Origin: a virus
Lineage: Duplodnaviria; Caudoviricetes
DNA length: 24,001 nt
Direction: 5' to 3' (one strand)
Virus record (IMG/VR): IMGVR_UViG_3300012953_000226
Coordinates: 1-24,001 of that record
This document shows positions 7,322 through 15,603 of this stretch, piece by piece. The notes under the pieces are model-generated. The model saw only the letters and a program-made list of their open reading frames with translations. It did no database searches and was not told the origin of the DNA. Within the stretch, counting starts at the first letter, position 1; the number at the start of each line of letters is the position of its first letter. Both the position numbers and the translations under genes were made by a program.

Positions 7322-10300
7322 TTTATACTCACCTTTGCATAGCCACCTATCTTTTCAATATCAATGGTTGTATCAACGCAATCCTTCAAAACATCAAGGT
7401 GGGAGATTAACAGAACCGTCTTAAACTTTGTCTTGATCATTTCCAACAGTCGGGTGAACCCTTCCATGTGTTCTTGATCTAGCGCAGTTGCTGGTTCGTC
7501 AAGTATAAATAGTTCCGATTTAGGTAAATTCGTTATTGAAATTAGAGCCAAGCGAATGGCCATTGCCGCAATCGTTTTCTCTGCACCAGAGCCCATTGAA
7601 AGCGGACGTGGTTCAAAACGAGGGTGCTTGATAAAGATCTCAAGCTTCTTATCGTTGTTTTCGAACAGGACCTCAAAGTCAACAATGTTGGCGAGAATCT
7701 TCGCCACTTCTTCATTGATTAGGGGCAAGCGTTGCTTGATTACTTCGTAAGCAATACCGTTGGGGTGCATACACCGCATGTACAGTTCACTAGTCTTCCA
7801 CTGCTTCTCGAGCGCTTCGTGCTCTTTTTGCTCTTGGACGTATCTTTCAATCGAAGTCTGAGTCGAGCCCTTCTCAATTAGAAGTTCTTGCATTTGTTCG
7901 CTGCAAGTGTCAAGGCTGGTTTGTGCTTTTTGTATTGCCTTCTCCATTGCAGTTTTCTCTCTCATAAGGGTCGAGAGGTTTTCAATAATTTCTTTGTTAT
8001 CTTCGTATTGCTTTGCCTTTGTTTCAAGACTGGCTAATTCGTTCTCTAAAAGATTTACCTTAGTGTTTGCCCCTTGAATTGATAGGGCTCTCATTTCGTT
8101 TTCTCTATTAAGAGTAGCACACAGATCAAACGTCTTCTTACGACTGTTTAAAATCTCAGCAGCCTCTTCGACATTGAGTTCTTCTGCTTTTATTCTAAAA
8201 CTATCAGTTGTCCTGTGTAGCTCTTTGAGTGTTTCCGTGCATGATGGTAAGCTCTTAGACGCTGTTCGTGCCTCTTTGACAAACTTGTTACCAGTGCAGT
8301 ACTTGCAGTTGGGATCATACTCATGATTGTCGAGCATCTTAATTTTCTTTTGCAATCTCTTTTGTTCTGTCTCTTGCTTGTTGATCTCAGCTTCATAGCT
8401 TCTAATCTGCTCCAAAAGCCCAGCATGAGCATCTATTCTATATTGGTAGTTCTCTTCTTCAGACGGCCTAGTGGTACTAAGAAAGTCCTCGGCAGACGCA
8501 AGAGAGGTATTTGCATGATCGATTTCTTCTTCCCAAGTTTTTATTTGCTCCAATAACATCTGTCGCTTCCCGCGCTTTGTTGAGATATGATCATTAACTT
8601 GATCGATATCAATGATGTCTGCTGGCAAAGAAGAGATATCACTTTCAAGAGTTGTGAGTTCTACGTTCAACCTGTCTTTCTTCTTCTCAAATGTTTCACA
8701 CTTTGTTTTAAGAGCAGTTATCTCTTCATCAATCTGTTCGAGCGCTTCTGTCTCATGCACGATAACGCCTGCAAGATCTTTCTGTTTATATCTTTTAATA
8801 AGCACAGCAGTGTCGGCTGACTCTTTCTTTGCTAACTTAAACTTTTGATCAAAAAGATCAAGGTCCAAAAACTTGGCAAGGATCTCTTTGCGCTTAGTAG
8901 AGCCCTCTCTAATGAAAGACAGGGAGTCCAGCTGTGAGGCCATAGAGGTGATCATAAAGTCCTCAATAGAGCCAAGTGTACGCCTGATATTCTGATCGGT
9001 CTCATTTCTAGTATCACCATTCATGCTCTCGTCAAGAGTGATGTTGTGGAAGTCTAGATCCGTCTTTGCTTCGAGAGTTTCTTTTCCTCGGAGCTTCTTG
9101 GTATATTTATTAAGATTGCGAATAATCCTGTAATCCTGTTGGCCAGCCGAGACAACCATATTGATGCTTGCACTTTCTTTATTCTGATTGACCAGATGAA
9201 CGTTCTTGCGCTCCTCCTTACTCGTAGTATTAAAAAGACCAAAGAGAGCGCTGTCGATAATAGAAGATTTCCCACTATAGTTTTTACCGAAGATCCCAAC
9301 CAGTCCGTCCAGTTTCTCAAAGTTGACTTCATTTTTTTCTCCGTAGTTAAAGAGATTGTCGAATCGCATACTCTTAATCTTCCAGATTATGTTTCTGTTG
9401 ATTTCCTCTTTGCTTTCGGCTTCTCTATTATATTTACTATTCATATCAAGAATCTGCTGAATCTCGTCCTCAGTAAGCTCATAGTCTTTTAGATAGGACC
9501 TGACCCACTTCTCTTGAACCTTCAGGTCTCTAAGGTTTTCCATACCAGAGATCTGCTGCTTTGACTCGTTAAGAGAATCGGTGCCCTTATTAAGAAAAGA
9601 AATACTAAAAGGCGAATACTTTGTTTTAGCAATGTCTGTAGCCTTTCTAATTCTGTCAATGGGTAAGTTGGAAGACGAGACAAGTCTTAAGCGTGAGCCC
9701 TTTCTAATGTTAGCATTGGGCACGCTACCATCTTTATTAAGTATAATGGTCTCAAATGGACGTGGATTGGTAATGGCGATATGGTCAACATCCCAATCAT
9801 CACGGGTACGAATGTTCCACAACAAATATCCCTTGTCTTTACTTTCGCCAAAGTTCTGCTGGACAGTGGAGCCTGCATATCGTATGCGTCCACTAGTATC
9901 CATTGCTTGGCGGGTGTGAATGTCACCTAACATAGCAAAGTCAAAATTATTAAAAATCTCAATAGTGTCCTCTCCATGTGTCATTGTCCAACCTGTATCA
10001 GTTTGACAGCCGGTAATGGCACCGTGATAGAGGGCAACGTTAATGGACTCTTTGTTACTGGGCTGTATCCAGTTCTCTCTATCGAACACAGACAGCACAT
10101 TAAATACAAGACCGGGTTGTGGCTCGAACTCTCCACTATTCTTCATTAGATATAAACGCGGGTGATTCAGCGCTTCTGCAATCGGGGTGATTGCATCTTG
10201 TCGATTTGAGTTCTTTAGATTGCCATCGTGGTTGCCCAAGATAACATAAGTTGGCGCGATGTCTGCTAGGTTCTTCAAGAAGTCACCCGCCAGAGCGAAA

Positions 10301-10470
10301 TACTCAGGACTCAGTTGAGTCTTGGTGTGTGCAATGTCACCACAATGAATGATCATGTCTGGTTGTTTTTTCTTTAGATCAGCATAAAGCTTTTTAAATA
10401 CAGCTTTGTACTCATCGTGGTACTTTAAATTCCTGATATGGGTATCAGCAATATGTGCAATCTTATACAT
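7318..10470 (-). CDS. Fused SbcD-SbcC (Mre11-Rad50; T4 gp47-gp46-like) recombination nuclease/ATPase
   Basis: Start moved to ATG 10470 (GGAGG SD; MYKIAHIADTH). Metallophosphoesterase motifs DTH, GD, GNHD, YHG and GDIH, then the ABC/SMC head: Walker A GKNYSGKSS, Q-loop MASQ, coiled coil with CKYC hook, signature GSGAEK, Walker B FILDEP and H-loop LISH. Confidence 0.93.
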   Translation of the reverse strand: MYKIAHIADTHIRNLKYHDEYKAVFKKLYADLKKKQPDMIIHCGDIAHTKTQLSPEYFALAGDFLKNLADIAPTYVILGNHDGNLKNSNRQDAITPIAEALNHPRLYLMKNSGEFEPQPGLVFNVLSVFDRENWIQPSNKESINVALYHGAITGCQTDTGWTMTHGEDTIEIFNNFDFAMLGDIHTRQAMDTSGRIRYAGSTVQQNFGESKDKGYLLWNIRTRDDWDVDHIAITNPRPFETIILNKDGSVPNANIRKGSRLRLVSSSNLPIDRIRKATDIAKTKYSPFSISFLNKGTDSLNESKQQISGMENLRDLKVQEKWVRSYLKDYELTEDEIQQILDMNSKYNREAESKEEINRNIIWKIKSMRFDNLFNYGEKNEVNFEKLDGLVGIFGKNYSGKSSIIDSALFGLFNTTSKEERKNVHLVNQNKESASINMVVSAGQQDYRIIRNLNKYTKKLRGKETLEAKTDLDFHNITLDESMNGDTRNETDQNIRRTLGSIEDFMITSMASQLDSLSFIREGSTKRKEILAKFLDLDLFDQKFKLAKKESADTAVLIKRYKQKDLAGVIVHETEALEQIDEEITALKTKCETFEKKKDRLNVELTTLESDISSLPADIIDIDQVNDHISTKRGKRQMLLEQIKTWEEEIDHANTSLASAEDFLSTTRPSEEENYQYRIDAHAGLLEQIRSYEAEINKQETEQKRLQKKIKMLDNHEYDPNCKYCTGNKFVKEARTASKSLPSCTETLKELHRTTDSFRIKAEELNVEEAAEILNSRKKTFDLCATLNRENEMRALSIQGANTKVNLLENELASLETKAKQYEDNKEIIENLSTLMREKTAMEKAIQKAQTSLDTCSEQMQELLIEKGSTQTSIERYVQEQKEHEALEKQWKTSELYMRCMHPNGIAYEVIKQRLPLINEEVAKILANIVDFEVLFENNDKKLEIFIKHPRFEPRPLSMGSGAEKTIAAMAIRLALISITNLPKSELFILDEPATALDQEHMEGFTRLLEMIKTKFKTVLLISHLDVLKDCVDTTIDIEKIGGYAKVSIK

Positions 10471-10498
10471 AGAATCCTCCGTAAGTATAGTTAAAGAT

Positions 10499-10527
10499 AA
10501 TATAACACGTTTGGTGTCGTTTGTCAA
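10499..10527 (-). promoter_or_regulatory. Sigma70-type promoter for the SbcCD fusion: TTGACA-N17-TATATT with extended -10 TG
   Basis: -35 at 10527-10522, 17-nt spacer ending TGT, -10 at 10504-10499, followed by GGAGG and ATG 10470. Confidence 0.85.
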
Positions 10528-11459
10528 ATGGCGTTGAGTAACTTCTTAAAGAAAAAGAAGTCAGAATCGACTAGCTCAGCGGCATCTTTCAATTTTTTAA
10601 AATGTTCTGTAGTGATGGAGCCAACATCCTCTATAAGGGAAGTGTCCACCTTAAAAATCTCCATGTCGTATTTCAACATAGATTGAATCATATAGTTGCA
10701 TTTCTTCTTAGCATCGGCGTCCAAGGCCATGTACACTTGCGCATCATTGATAGCTAAAGCTTGAAACAGCTTTGATTCGGTTCTTAGAGTGGAGCCCAAG
10801 ATAGGTATTGAGTTCTCCCCTGCAACGATTGCATCAAAGACTCCTTCGACTATGGTAATCGGTTCAGCCCAATCTATCATAAGCTCATTAAAGATAATGT
10901 TTCTGCCACACGGTGGGTTTAAATATTTTCGTTTATGCCCAACAAAAGATCGAGCAATAAAGTAATTGCAATCCCCGTTGTTGTTAAATGATGGAATGAT
11001 AATTCTACCTGAATATCTCCCTTCATTGCAATAGCCGATCTTCCAAAGCTGTATCTCACGCTTTGTAATACCTCTTGATTTCAGATAGGCTAATGGCCTC
11101 TGAGAAGTAGCAGGTAATCTTTTGTTACAGAGTGAGATAAACTCTTTTGGCAGTTCCACTGTTTGCTGCACTTCTTCTTCATTGATCTCTTTGAATAGGT
11201 CATCAAACTCTGTTAGATCGAGTCGGCCTTGCAGTTCAAGATACTTTTGGCGCTGTTCGTAATTGCCAAACTTCCTGACCATCCTAAAGATGTTCTTACC
11301 TCTTGTGTCACATACCCAACATTTAAAGGCATTAAGTACAAAGTTTACTGACATCTTCTTTTTATGGTGGCCACAATATGGGCAGTGATAAAGATGTTCA
11401 TTACCAACCCTTCTGTAACTTCCCAAGATGTCAGTTACAATTTTTAACTTTTCTTCCAT
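10524..11459 (-). CDS. DNA primase (DnaG/T4 gp61-like; Zn-binding domain plus TOPRIM)
   Basis: Start moved to ATG 11459 (GGAGGG SD). Zn-binding CPYC..H...CWVC, YLKSRGI, RIIIP, KYLNP, and TOPRIM motifs VEGVFDAI and ALDADA. Confidence 0.9.
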   Translation of the reverse strand: MEEKLKIVTDILGSYRRVGNEHLYHCPYCGHHKKKMSVNFVLNAFKCWVCDTRGKNIFRMVRKFGNYEQRQKYLELQGRLDLTEFDDLFKEINEEEVQQTVELPKEFISLCNKRLPATSQRPLAYLKSRGITKREIQLWKIGYCNEGRYSGRIIIPSFNNNGDCNYFIARSFVGHKRKYLNPPCGRNIIFNELMIDWAEPITIVEGVFDAIVAGENSIPILGSTLRTESKLFQALAINDAQVYMALDADAKKKCNYMIQSMLKYDMEIFKVDTSLIEDVGSITTEHFKKLKDAAELVDSDFFFFKKLLNAI

Positions 11460-11478
11460 TCGCCCTCCGAACAAAATT

Positions 11479-11507
11479 AATATAACCCAGCAAGATTAGC
11501 TTGTCAA
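11479..11507 (-). promoter_or_regulatory. Sigma70-type promoter for the primase: TTGACA-N17-TATATT
   Basis: -35 at 11507-11502, 17-nt spacer, -10 at 11484-11479, followed by the SD and ATG 11459. Confidence 0.82.
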
Positions 11508-12031
11508 GTGTTTTCTTGATTTAACAGCTCAATCCCGGCTCTTGCTACAACCACGGCATCAGCCATATCATAGGTTGTAGGCTTAGGATTGCCGTGTCTT
11601 GTCATTTCATACGAAAAACTACCTTTGTAGTTTTCTTCAACCCACGCCAGCACAACCGGCTTAGCTTTCTCTCCCCTCCGCACTTTGATCCCGACAAGGC
11701 CTCGGGCTTTGTTTGCTTGTATAAGTGTCGGGCTATTCCGATATATACAATACAAACCATAGCAGCACATCCCATTAAATCGCTGAAGCTTCGACATTGT
11801 GACTGCTGTTGTTTTGCCTCCTGAAAATGCGATGAATGGCTGTTCGACGAATACATGTTTGATCCTCCAAGTAGTATTTAAAGTCTGGATCTCTTTGCTT
11901 AAGAAATCTGCTCTTTCTTCTAAACTTACGTCTGATTTAAATTTTATAGCGTCATAAGACATAAGGTTTTTGTCTTCGTCTAAAACCGCTATTCCAATCA
12001 CAGACGTGCTGATATCTAAACCTAATATCAT
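11504..12031 (-). CDS. ruvC: RuvC-like Holliday junction resolvase
   Basis: RNase H-fold catalytic pattern MILGLDIS, VFVEQP and DMADAVVVA. SD GAGGTG; 175 aa is the usual size. Confidence 0.85.
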   Translation of the reverse strand: MILGLDISTSVIGIAVLDEDKNLMSYDAIKFKSDVSLEERADFLSKEIQTLNTTWRIKHVFVEQPFIAFSGGKTTAVTMSKLQRFNGMCCYGLYCIYRNSPTLIQANKARGLVGIKVRRGEKAKPVVLAWVEENYKGSFSYEMTRHGNPKPTTYDMADAVVVARAGIELLNQENT

Positions 12032-12047
12032 TTTTCACCTCTATCAC

Positions 12048-12076
12048 ATTATAACACACTCTTATCGTTTTGTCAA
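12048..12076 (-). promoter_or_regulatory. Perfect-consensus sigma70 promoter for the ruvC-like gene: TTGACA-N17-TATAAT with extended -10 TG
   Basis: -35 at 12076-12071, spacer ending TGT, -10 at 12053-12048. An A/T tract upstream (TTTTTTCACAAAACAC) resembles an UP element. Confidence 0.9.
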
Positions 12077-12092
12077 GTGTTTTGTGAAAAAA

Positions 12093-13205
12093 TTATTTAG
12101 GTGTAGCTTTAATAGTAATTGATTTGTTGAACACACTTGTGCCGTCTACTTGGTAATTAAAATTGTTACTGTCCATACCAGCGTCGGTTAATATTGATTT
12201 TATTTTTTTCTCGGCCTTGGGTTCAAGAGTGTTTTGAACATTTGTGTCGTTACTCAGGGCATATTTTATATTAGCAGCTTGATCGGCGTCAAACAAATCT
12301 GTGTAGGTAAAAGTAGCAGAATATGAGCCATCTTTGTTTTTCTGCAAGTCACTATCAGTTGGTTTTTCAGCATCTACCTGCTGGGTTGTCTGATCCTGTG
12401 CAAACGAACCAGTGTCATAGTCCTGATCCTCTGGTGCAACTCCTCCAATGATAGTAGAAAGACCAAGTGCCAGAGTTTGAGCGAGACCTTCGTTAAGCTC
12501 TTCACCTTCTTCTGACGTTGCTACGGCAGGGCTATTGTCAATAGGAACCAATAGTTTTGATTCAGGATCTAAACGGTAACCAAACCTTTCTTCCCCTTCG
12601 GGCGTGAGTGCGCCTACATTTATATAATCGAACTCAGGCATAATCATTGCTTTTTGTCCACAGTTCTGTTTACCACTCTGGTAGAAACAGCATATTTGTC
12701 CCACAACCTCAGTAAATAAAATGGGGATACACTCCTGTGGAATAGTCTTTGCATGTGCATTGTATGATGCAATCTCTCCTTGCAGTTTAAAGCCCCTTCC
12801 TTTGGCTATGTGGCCTTCCCAATCGTGCCACGCACGGAACATCGTGTTCCATATCAAACCCTGCTCACCGGTCCACACAGGGTGCTCAGCGTCCGATGTG
12901 GATACATACATGACGCCTTCATCTTTTACTCTCTGTCTCATCTCTTTGCCAGACTTGTAAGGGTGCTCTGGTACAAATTTTATTTCTATCTTGCTTGACA
13001 TGCGGCCAAACATACCTTCAAGCCAATGACCAAGCTTTTCGTAAAGGGGTTCGACGGAAGCATCATAATCTGGAGCGGTGCGATAAGCCTCAGCAACAAG
13101 CTCGGAATACTTCCACCAGCCCATCTTGCCTTTCTTGAGTGCCAACTTTTCCTCAAGCTGTTCTTCTTCAAGATAACGTCTCCAATTTTCAAATATTAAT
13201 TTCAT
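12093..13205 (-). CDS. Putative capsid-internal modular protein: MKLIFENWRRYLEE leader, HDxxGH metal-binding domain, second module after LNE|G
   Basis: SD GAGG. Glu-rich leader with (I/L)xE sites, then FRAWHDWEGH...GE...H...TEVVGQ, an acidic linker, and a hydrophobic GLAQTLALGLSTIIGG. The CDS is solid; the function is inferred. Confidence 0.6.
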   Translation of the reverse strand: MKLIFENWRRYLEEEQLEEKLALKKGKMGWWKYSELVAEAYRTAPDYDASVEPLYEKLGHWLEGMFGRMSSKIEIKFVPEHPYKSGKEMRQRVKDEGVMYVSTSDAEHPVWTGEQGLIWNTMFRAWHDWEGHIAKGRGFKLQGEIASYNAHAKTIPQECIPILFTEVVGQICCFYQSGKQNCGQKAMIMPEFDYINVGALTPEGEERFGYRLDPESKLLVPIDNSPAVATSEEGEELNEGLAQTLALGLSTIIGGVAPEDQDYDTGSFAQDQTTQQVDAEKPTDSDLQKNKDGSYSATFTYTDLFDADQAANIKYALSNDTNVQNTLEPKAEKKIKSILTDAGMDSNNFNYQVDGTSVFNKSITIKATPK

Positions 13206-13219
13206 GTTATTGCCTCTTA

Positions 13220-14413
13220 CTAAATATCAAGCTTAAGTTTAAAAGTATATTGTCTGCTTTCAGTTTTTCTAACAGGAACAGCAACCTTAGCTACACCAAT
13301 TAAATTTTTCTTCTCATCGTACAGAGCCACCTTTGTAATGTAAGTTTCTTTCTGGAACTGCGGCACTTGATCGGTCAAGGGGGTGTGCGTGATGTTCTTG
13401 ATCGGAATCTCTGGTTCAATGTACTGAAATGAACTGGACTTAAAAGCTGTAAGGTTTGGATGGCTAACGTCTTTATAAGTTGGGTTATTAGAGTGGTTTA
13501 TGTCACCTACTCGTGCATGTGCCATCATTGTCATGGTCTGTTTCTGTGTGATGCCTTGAAAGTCAATTGTAAAGCTAGACTCTAGTGCAGAAGCGGGAAT
13601 ACCGTTACCGCTATTTGTGGACGCTGGGCTGTTTGTATAAGCACCAAAGTAAGTCCATTTTGGATTATTATTAGCAGAACCATCGCCTTCATAATCAACT
13701 GCATCATAATTTAAAGGCCAAGCACCAGTGAGAACAAACACACCTTGCTCGTATAAAACAACACCAGCGACAGAGCCACTGTATGGTGAACCTACTGGTC
13801 CGACTTGGATCATCTCTCCGTTTTTCTTTTCGTCTTTCAATTCTCCAACTAAGGAGCCTGTAACGTAAAATCTTAAGCAAGCAGTGCCTTTTTTAATCTG
13901 TTGGCCGTAAAATATTGATGGAATACTGATTAAATTTGTATCTACAGTTTGCAAATCTCTAGAAGGATTTTTGTATTTATAATGAGGTGAAAAAATGCTA
14001 TTCTCATTCAAAGAGTTTTTAATGGCTCTGAGCCTTAGACGATTCGCTGGTGTGGTTGAATCATAGTAGTGTCTTGAAATACTAGCTGAGTGGTTATAGC
14101 TGCTTGTGATAAACTGTCCGTCATAGTTAAACCAGACGTTATGTTGAGCCTCTGTATAAATCTTAAGAGAGTGGCGGTAGCCTGCTTTGAGTATTCGAGC
14201 ATGCTGCTTTTGTATAGTGTGTCGGTCAATGTTTCTTTGAAATAGTGAAACATGCCCTTTGGCTGTATCATGAATGTTGGCTAAGTTACTCCCAGACATA
14301 TCTGGGACATTATCAATAACTACAGCACCACTGTGTACCATGAATCGGAATTCAGGGTAAGCTTCAATGGTGTTGATAAATATATCGTCATCATGAAATT
14401 TGAATAAAGCCAT
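13220..14413 (-). CDS. Putative baseplate/tail structural protein, paralog of 14413..15579
   Basis: Shares IKKG, G..LY.QG..VL, N.S.NPTY and the C-terminal YITKVALYDEKKNLIGVAKVAVPVRK...FKLKLDI with its neighbour. TAATG overlap at 14413. Confidence 0.65.
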   Translation of the reverse strand: MALFKFHDDDIFINTIEAYPEFRFMVHSGAVVIDNVPDMSGSNLANIHDTAKGHVSLFQRNIDRHTIQKQHARILKAGYRHSLKIYTEAQHNVWFNYDGQFITSSYNHSASISRHYYDSTTPANRLRLRAIKNSLNENSIFSPHYKYKNPSRDLQTVDTNLISIPSIFYGQQIKKGTACLRFYVTGSLVGELKDEKKNGEMIQVGPVGSPYSGSVAGVVLYEQGVFVLTGAWPLNYDAVDYEGDGSANNNPKWTYFGAYTNSPASTNSGNGIPASALESSFTIDFQGITQKQTMTMMAHARVGDINHSNNPTYKDVSHPNLTAFKSSSFQYIEPEIPIKNITHTPLTDQVPQFQKETYITKVALYDEKKNLIGVAKVAVPVRKTESRQYTFKLKLDI

Positions 14414-15579
14414 TAGTAATCAAGTCGTACTCTCAAGGTAAATTCTACATCTGGAGTTTTCTTGAGAGGTTCACTTAACTTTGATACTGCCATAAGTTCA
14501 TTGTTGTCGTTATACAGGCCAATTGTTGTGATATAAGAAACAGGGGTGTCTGTTGCATTAGTTTTCACTCTGATCTTACTGCCCGTTAAGTACGTTGGGT
14601 TGGTCGAGTAGTTAAATTCATTGTGATGCGCTCTACAGAAATAGATTGTAGAATTAAGTTCTGTTGTGTTGTTAAACGTAATATCTTGGATTCTGTGCCT
14701 CAGAGCGTTTGCTGCTCCTTGAATGTTCGAAGCTGTTAGCATTTGAGTAACATTGGTATATCCACCCATCTGACAATCGTGATCAAGCAGCCCAGCAGAG
14801 TGTGGACCATTAGCTCCAGCACGGGCCATACCCAATGCAGGTCCAGTAAAAACAGAAGCGCTAAGAACAGCAATACCAGCTTGATAATAAAGAAGCCCCA
14901 CTGGTACTCCATTTGGGTGACTGGTAAGTTGTGAGTTCACAATAGGAGAGTTTGTTCTGTTTTGGGCGTACAAGACACCGTATTCGCCAGCAGGTGAATT
15001 AACAAAATAACCATCTGAGCCTGAATAATCGACAATACTAATCGAATCTTGGAAGGGGTTGGCAAAGGTTGAACCCACGCCGAGCTTCATTGTGAACGAG
15101 CCTTTTTTGATTTCGTCTTTTACAAGCAGTCGTGAAAAGGGAATAACAAAAACGTCTCTGTGTTTTGTTCCACCAGCAAGAATGTTGCCGTCGAGGTCAA
15201 AGTCTAAAACTTTTCCATCCTTATCGTAGCCAGCAAGAACCTGAGCCAGTTGATTATACACGTTTCTCTTCTTTGCCTTTTGAGAAAGAACTCCATTGCT
15301 TTGACCAGCAACAGCAGCATAGTTTGTGGAGTTAGAACCAACTCCAACCGTGATATCAAAAATATGGTTTGCAGAGGAACTTAGATATGGATAATCATAA
15401 ACTGTTTGGAACATTCCGTGAGAATGATTTTTAACGTTGGGTTCAGCCCCAAATGTACCATATTGTCCATATGTACCAGACATAATTGTACCAGTAATAG
15501 GGATTGCTTCGTGTAGAAGAGTCCTTGTTGAGACGATATCGTTCTCGCCCAATGTTTTAAATGCGCCACCTGTAGCCAT
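14413..15579 (-). CDS. Putative baseplate/tail structural protein with a tail-collar/fibre-like C-terminal motif
   Basis: C-terminus YITTIGLYNDNNELMAVSKLSEPLKK...LRVRLDY resembles the 'EIGLFD..G.L.AVA' half of P2 gpH-type (DUF3751) domains. Gly/Ser/Thr/Asn-rich beta-type composition. Confidence 0.65.
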   Translation of the reverse strand: MATGGAFKTLGENDIVSTRTLLHEAIPITGTIMSGTYGQYGTFGAEPNVKNHSHGMFQTVYDYPYLSSSANHIFDITVGVGSNSTNYAAVAGQSNGVLSQKAKKRNVYNQLAQVLAGYDKDGKVLDFDLDGNILAGGTKHRDVFVIPFSRLLVKDEIKKGSFTMKLGVGSTFANPFQDSISIVDYSGSDGYFVNSPAGEYGVLYAQNRTNSPIVNSQLTSHPNGVPVGLLYYQAGIAVLSASVFTGPALGMARAGANGPHSAGLLDHDCQMGGYTNVTQMLTASNIQGAANALRHRIQDITFNNTTELNSTIYFCRAHHNEFNYSTNPTYLTGSKIRVKTNATDTPVSYITTIGLYNDNNELMAVSKLSEPLKKTPDVEFTLRVRLDY

Positions 15580-15603
15580 AATTTATCCTATCCTTTTATT
15601 AAT

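Noticed and set aside
10471-10527. Longer TTG-start N-terminus for the SbcCD fusion (also the listed starts at 11474, 7148, 1865 and 21690)
   Set aside because: The TTG at 10527 is the -35 box of the promoter. The downstream ATGs have clear SD sequences or stop/start overlaps, and for SbcCD the ATG begins at the first conserved motif.
7318-12031. SMC/ABC ATPase + TOPRIM + nuclease cluster read as a defence system (Wadjet, Lamassu, PARIS or Gabija-like)
   Set aside because: The TOPRIM protein has a primase Zn-binding domain and DnaG-like core, the ATPase is fused to an Mre11-type nuclease with a Zn hook, and the context is a lytic-type phage. Ordinary recombination-dependent replication explains the cluster.
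11504-12031. RuvC domain as a TnpB/Cas12-like or transposase remnant
   Set aside because: It is a stand-alone 175-aa protein with a contiguous resolvase motif layout. There is no Zn ribbon, CRISPR array, flanking non-coding RNA space or terminal inverted repeats.
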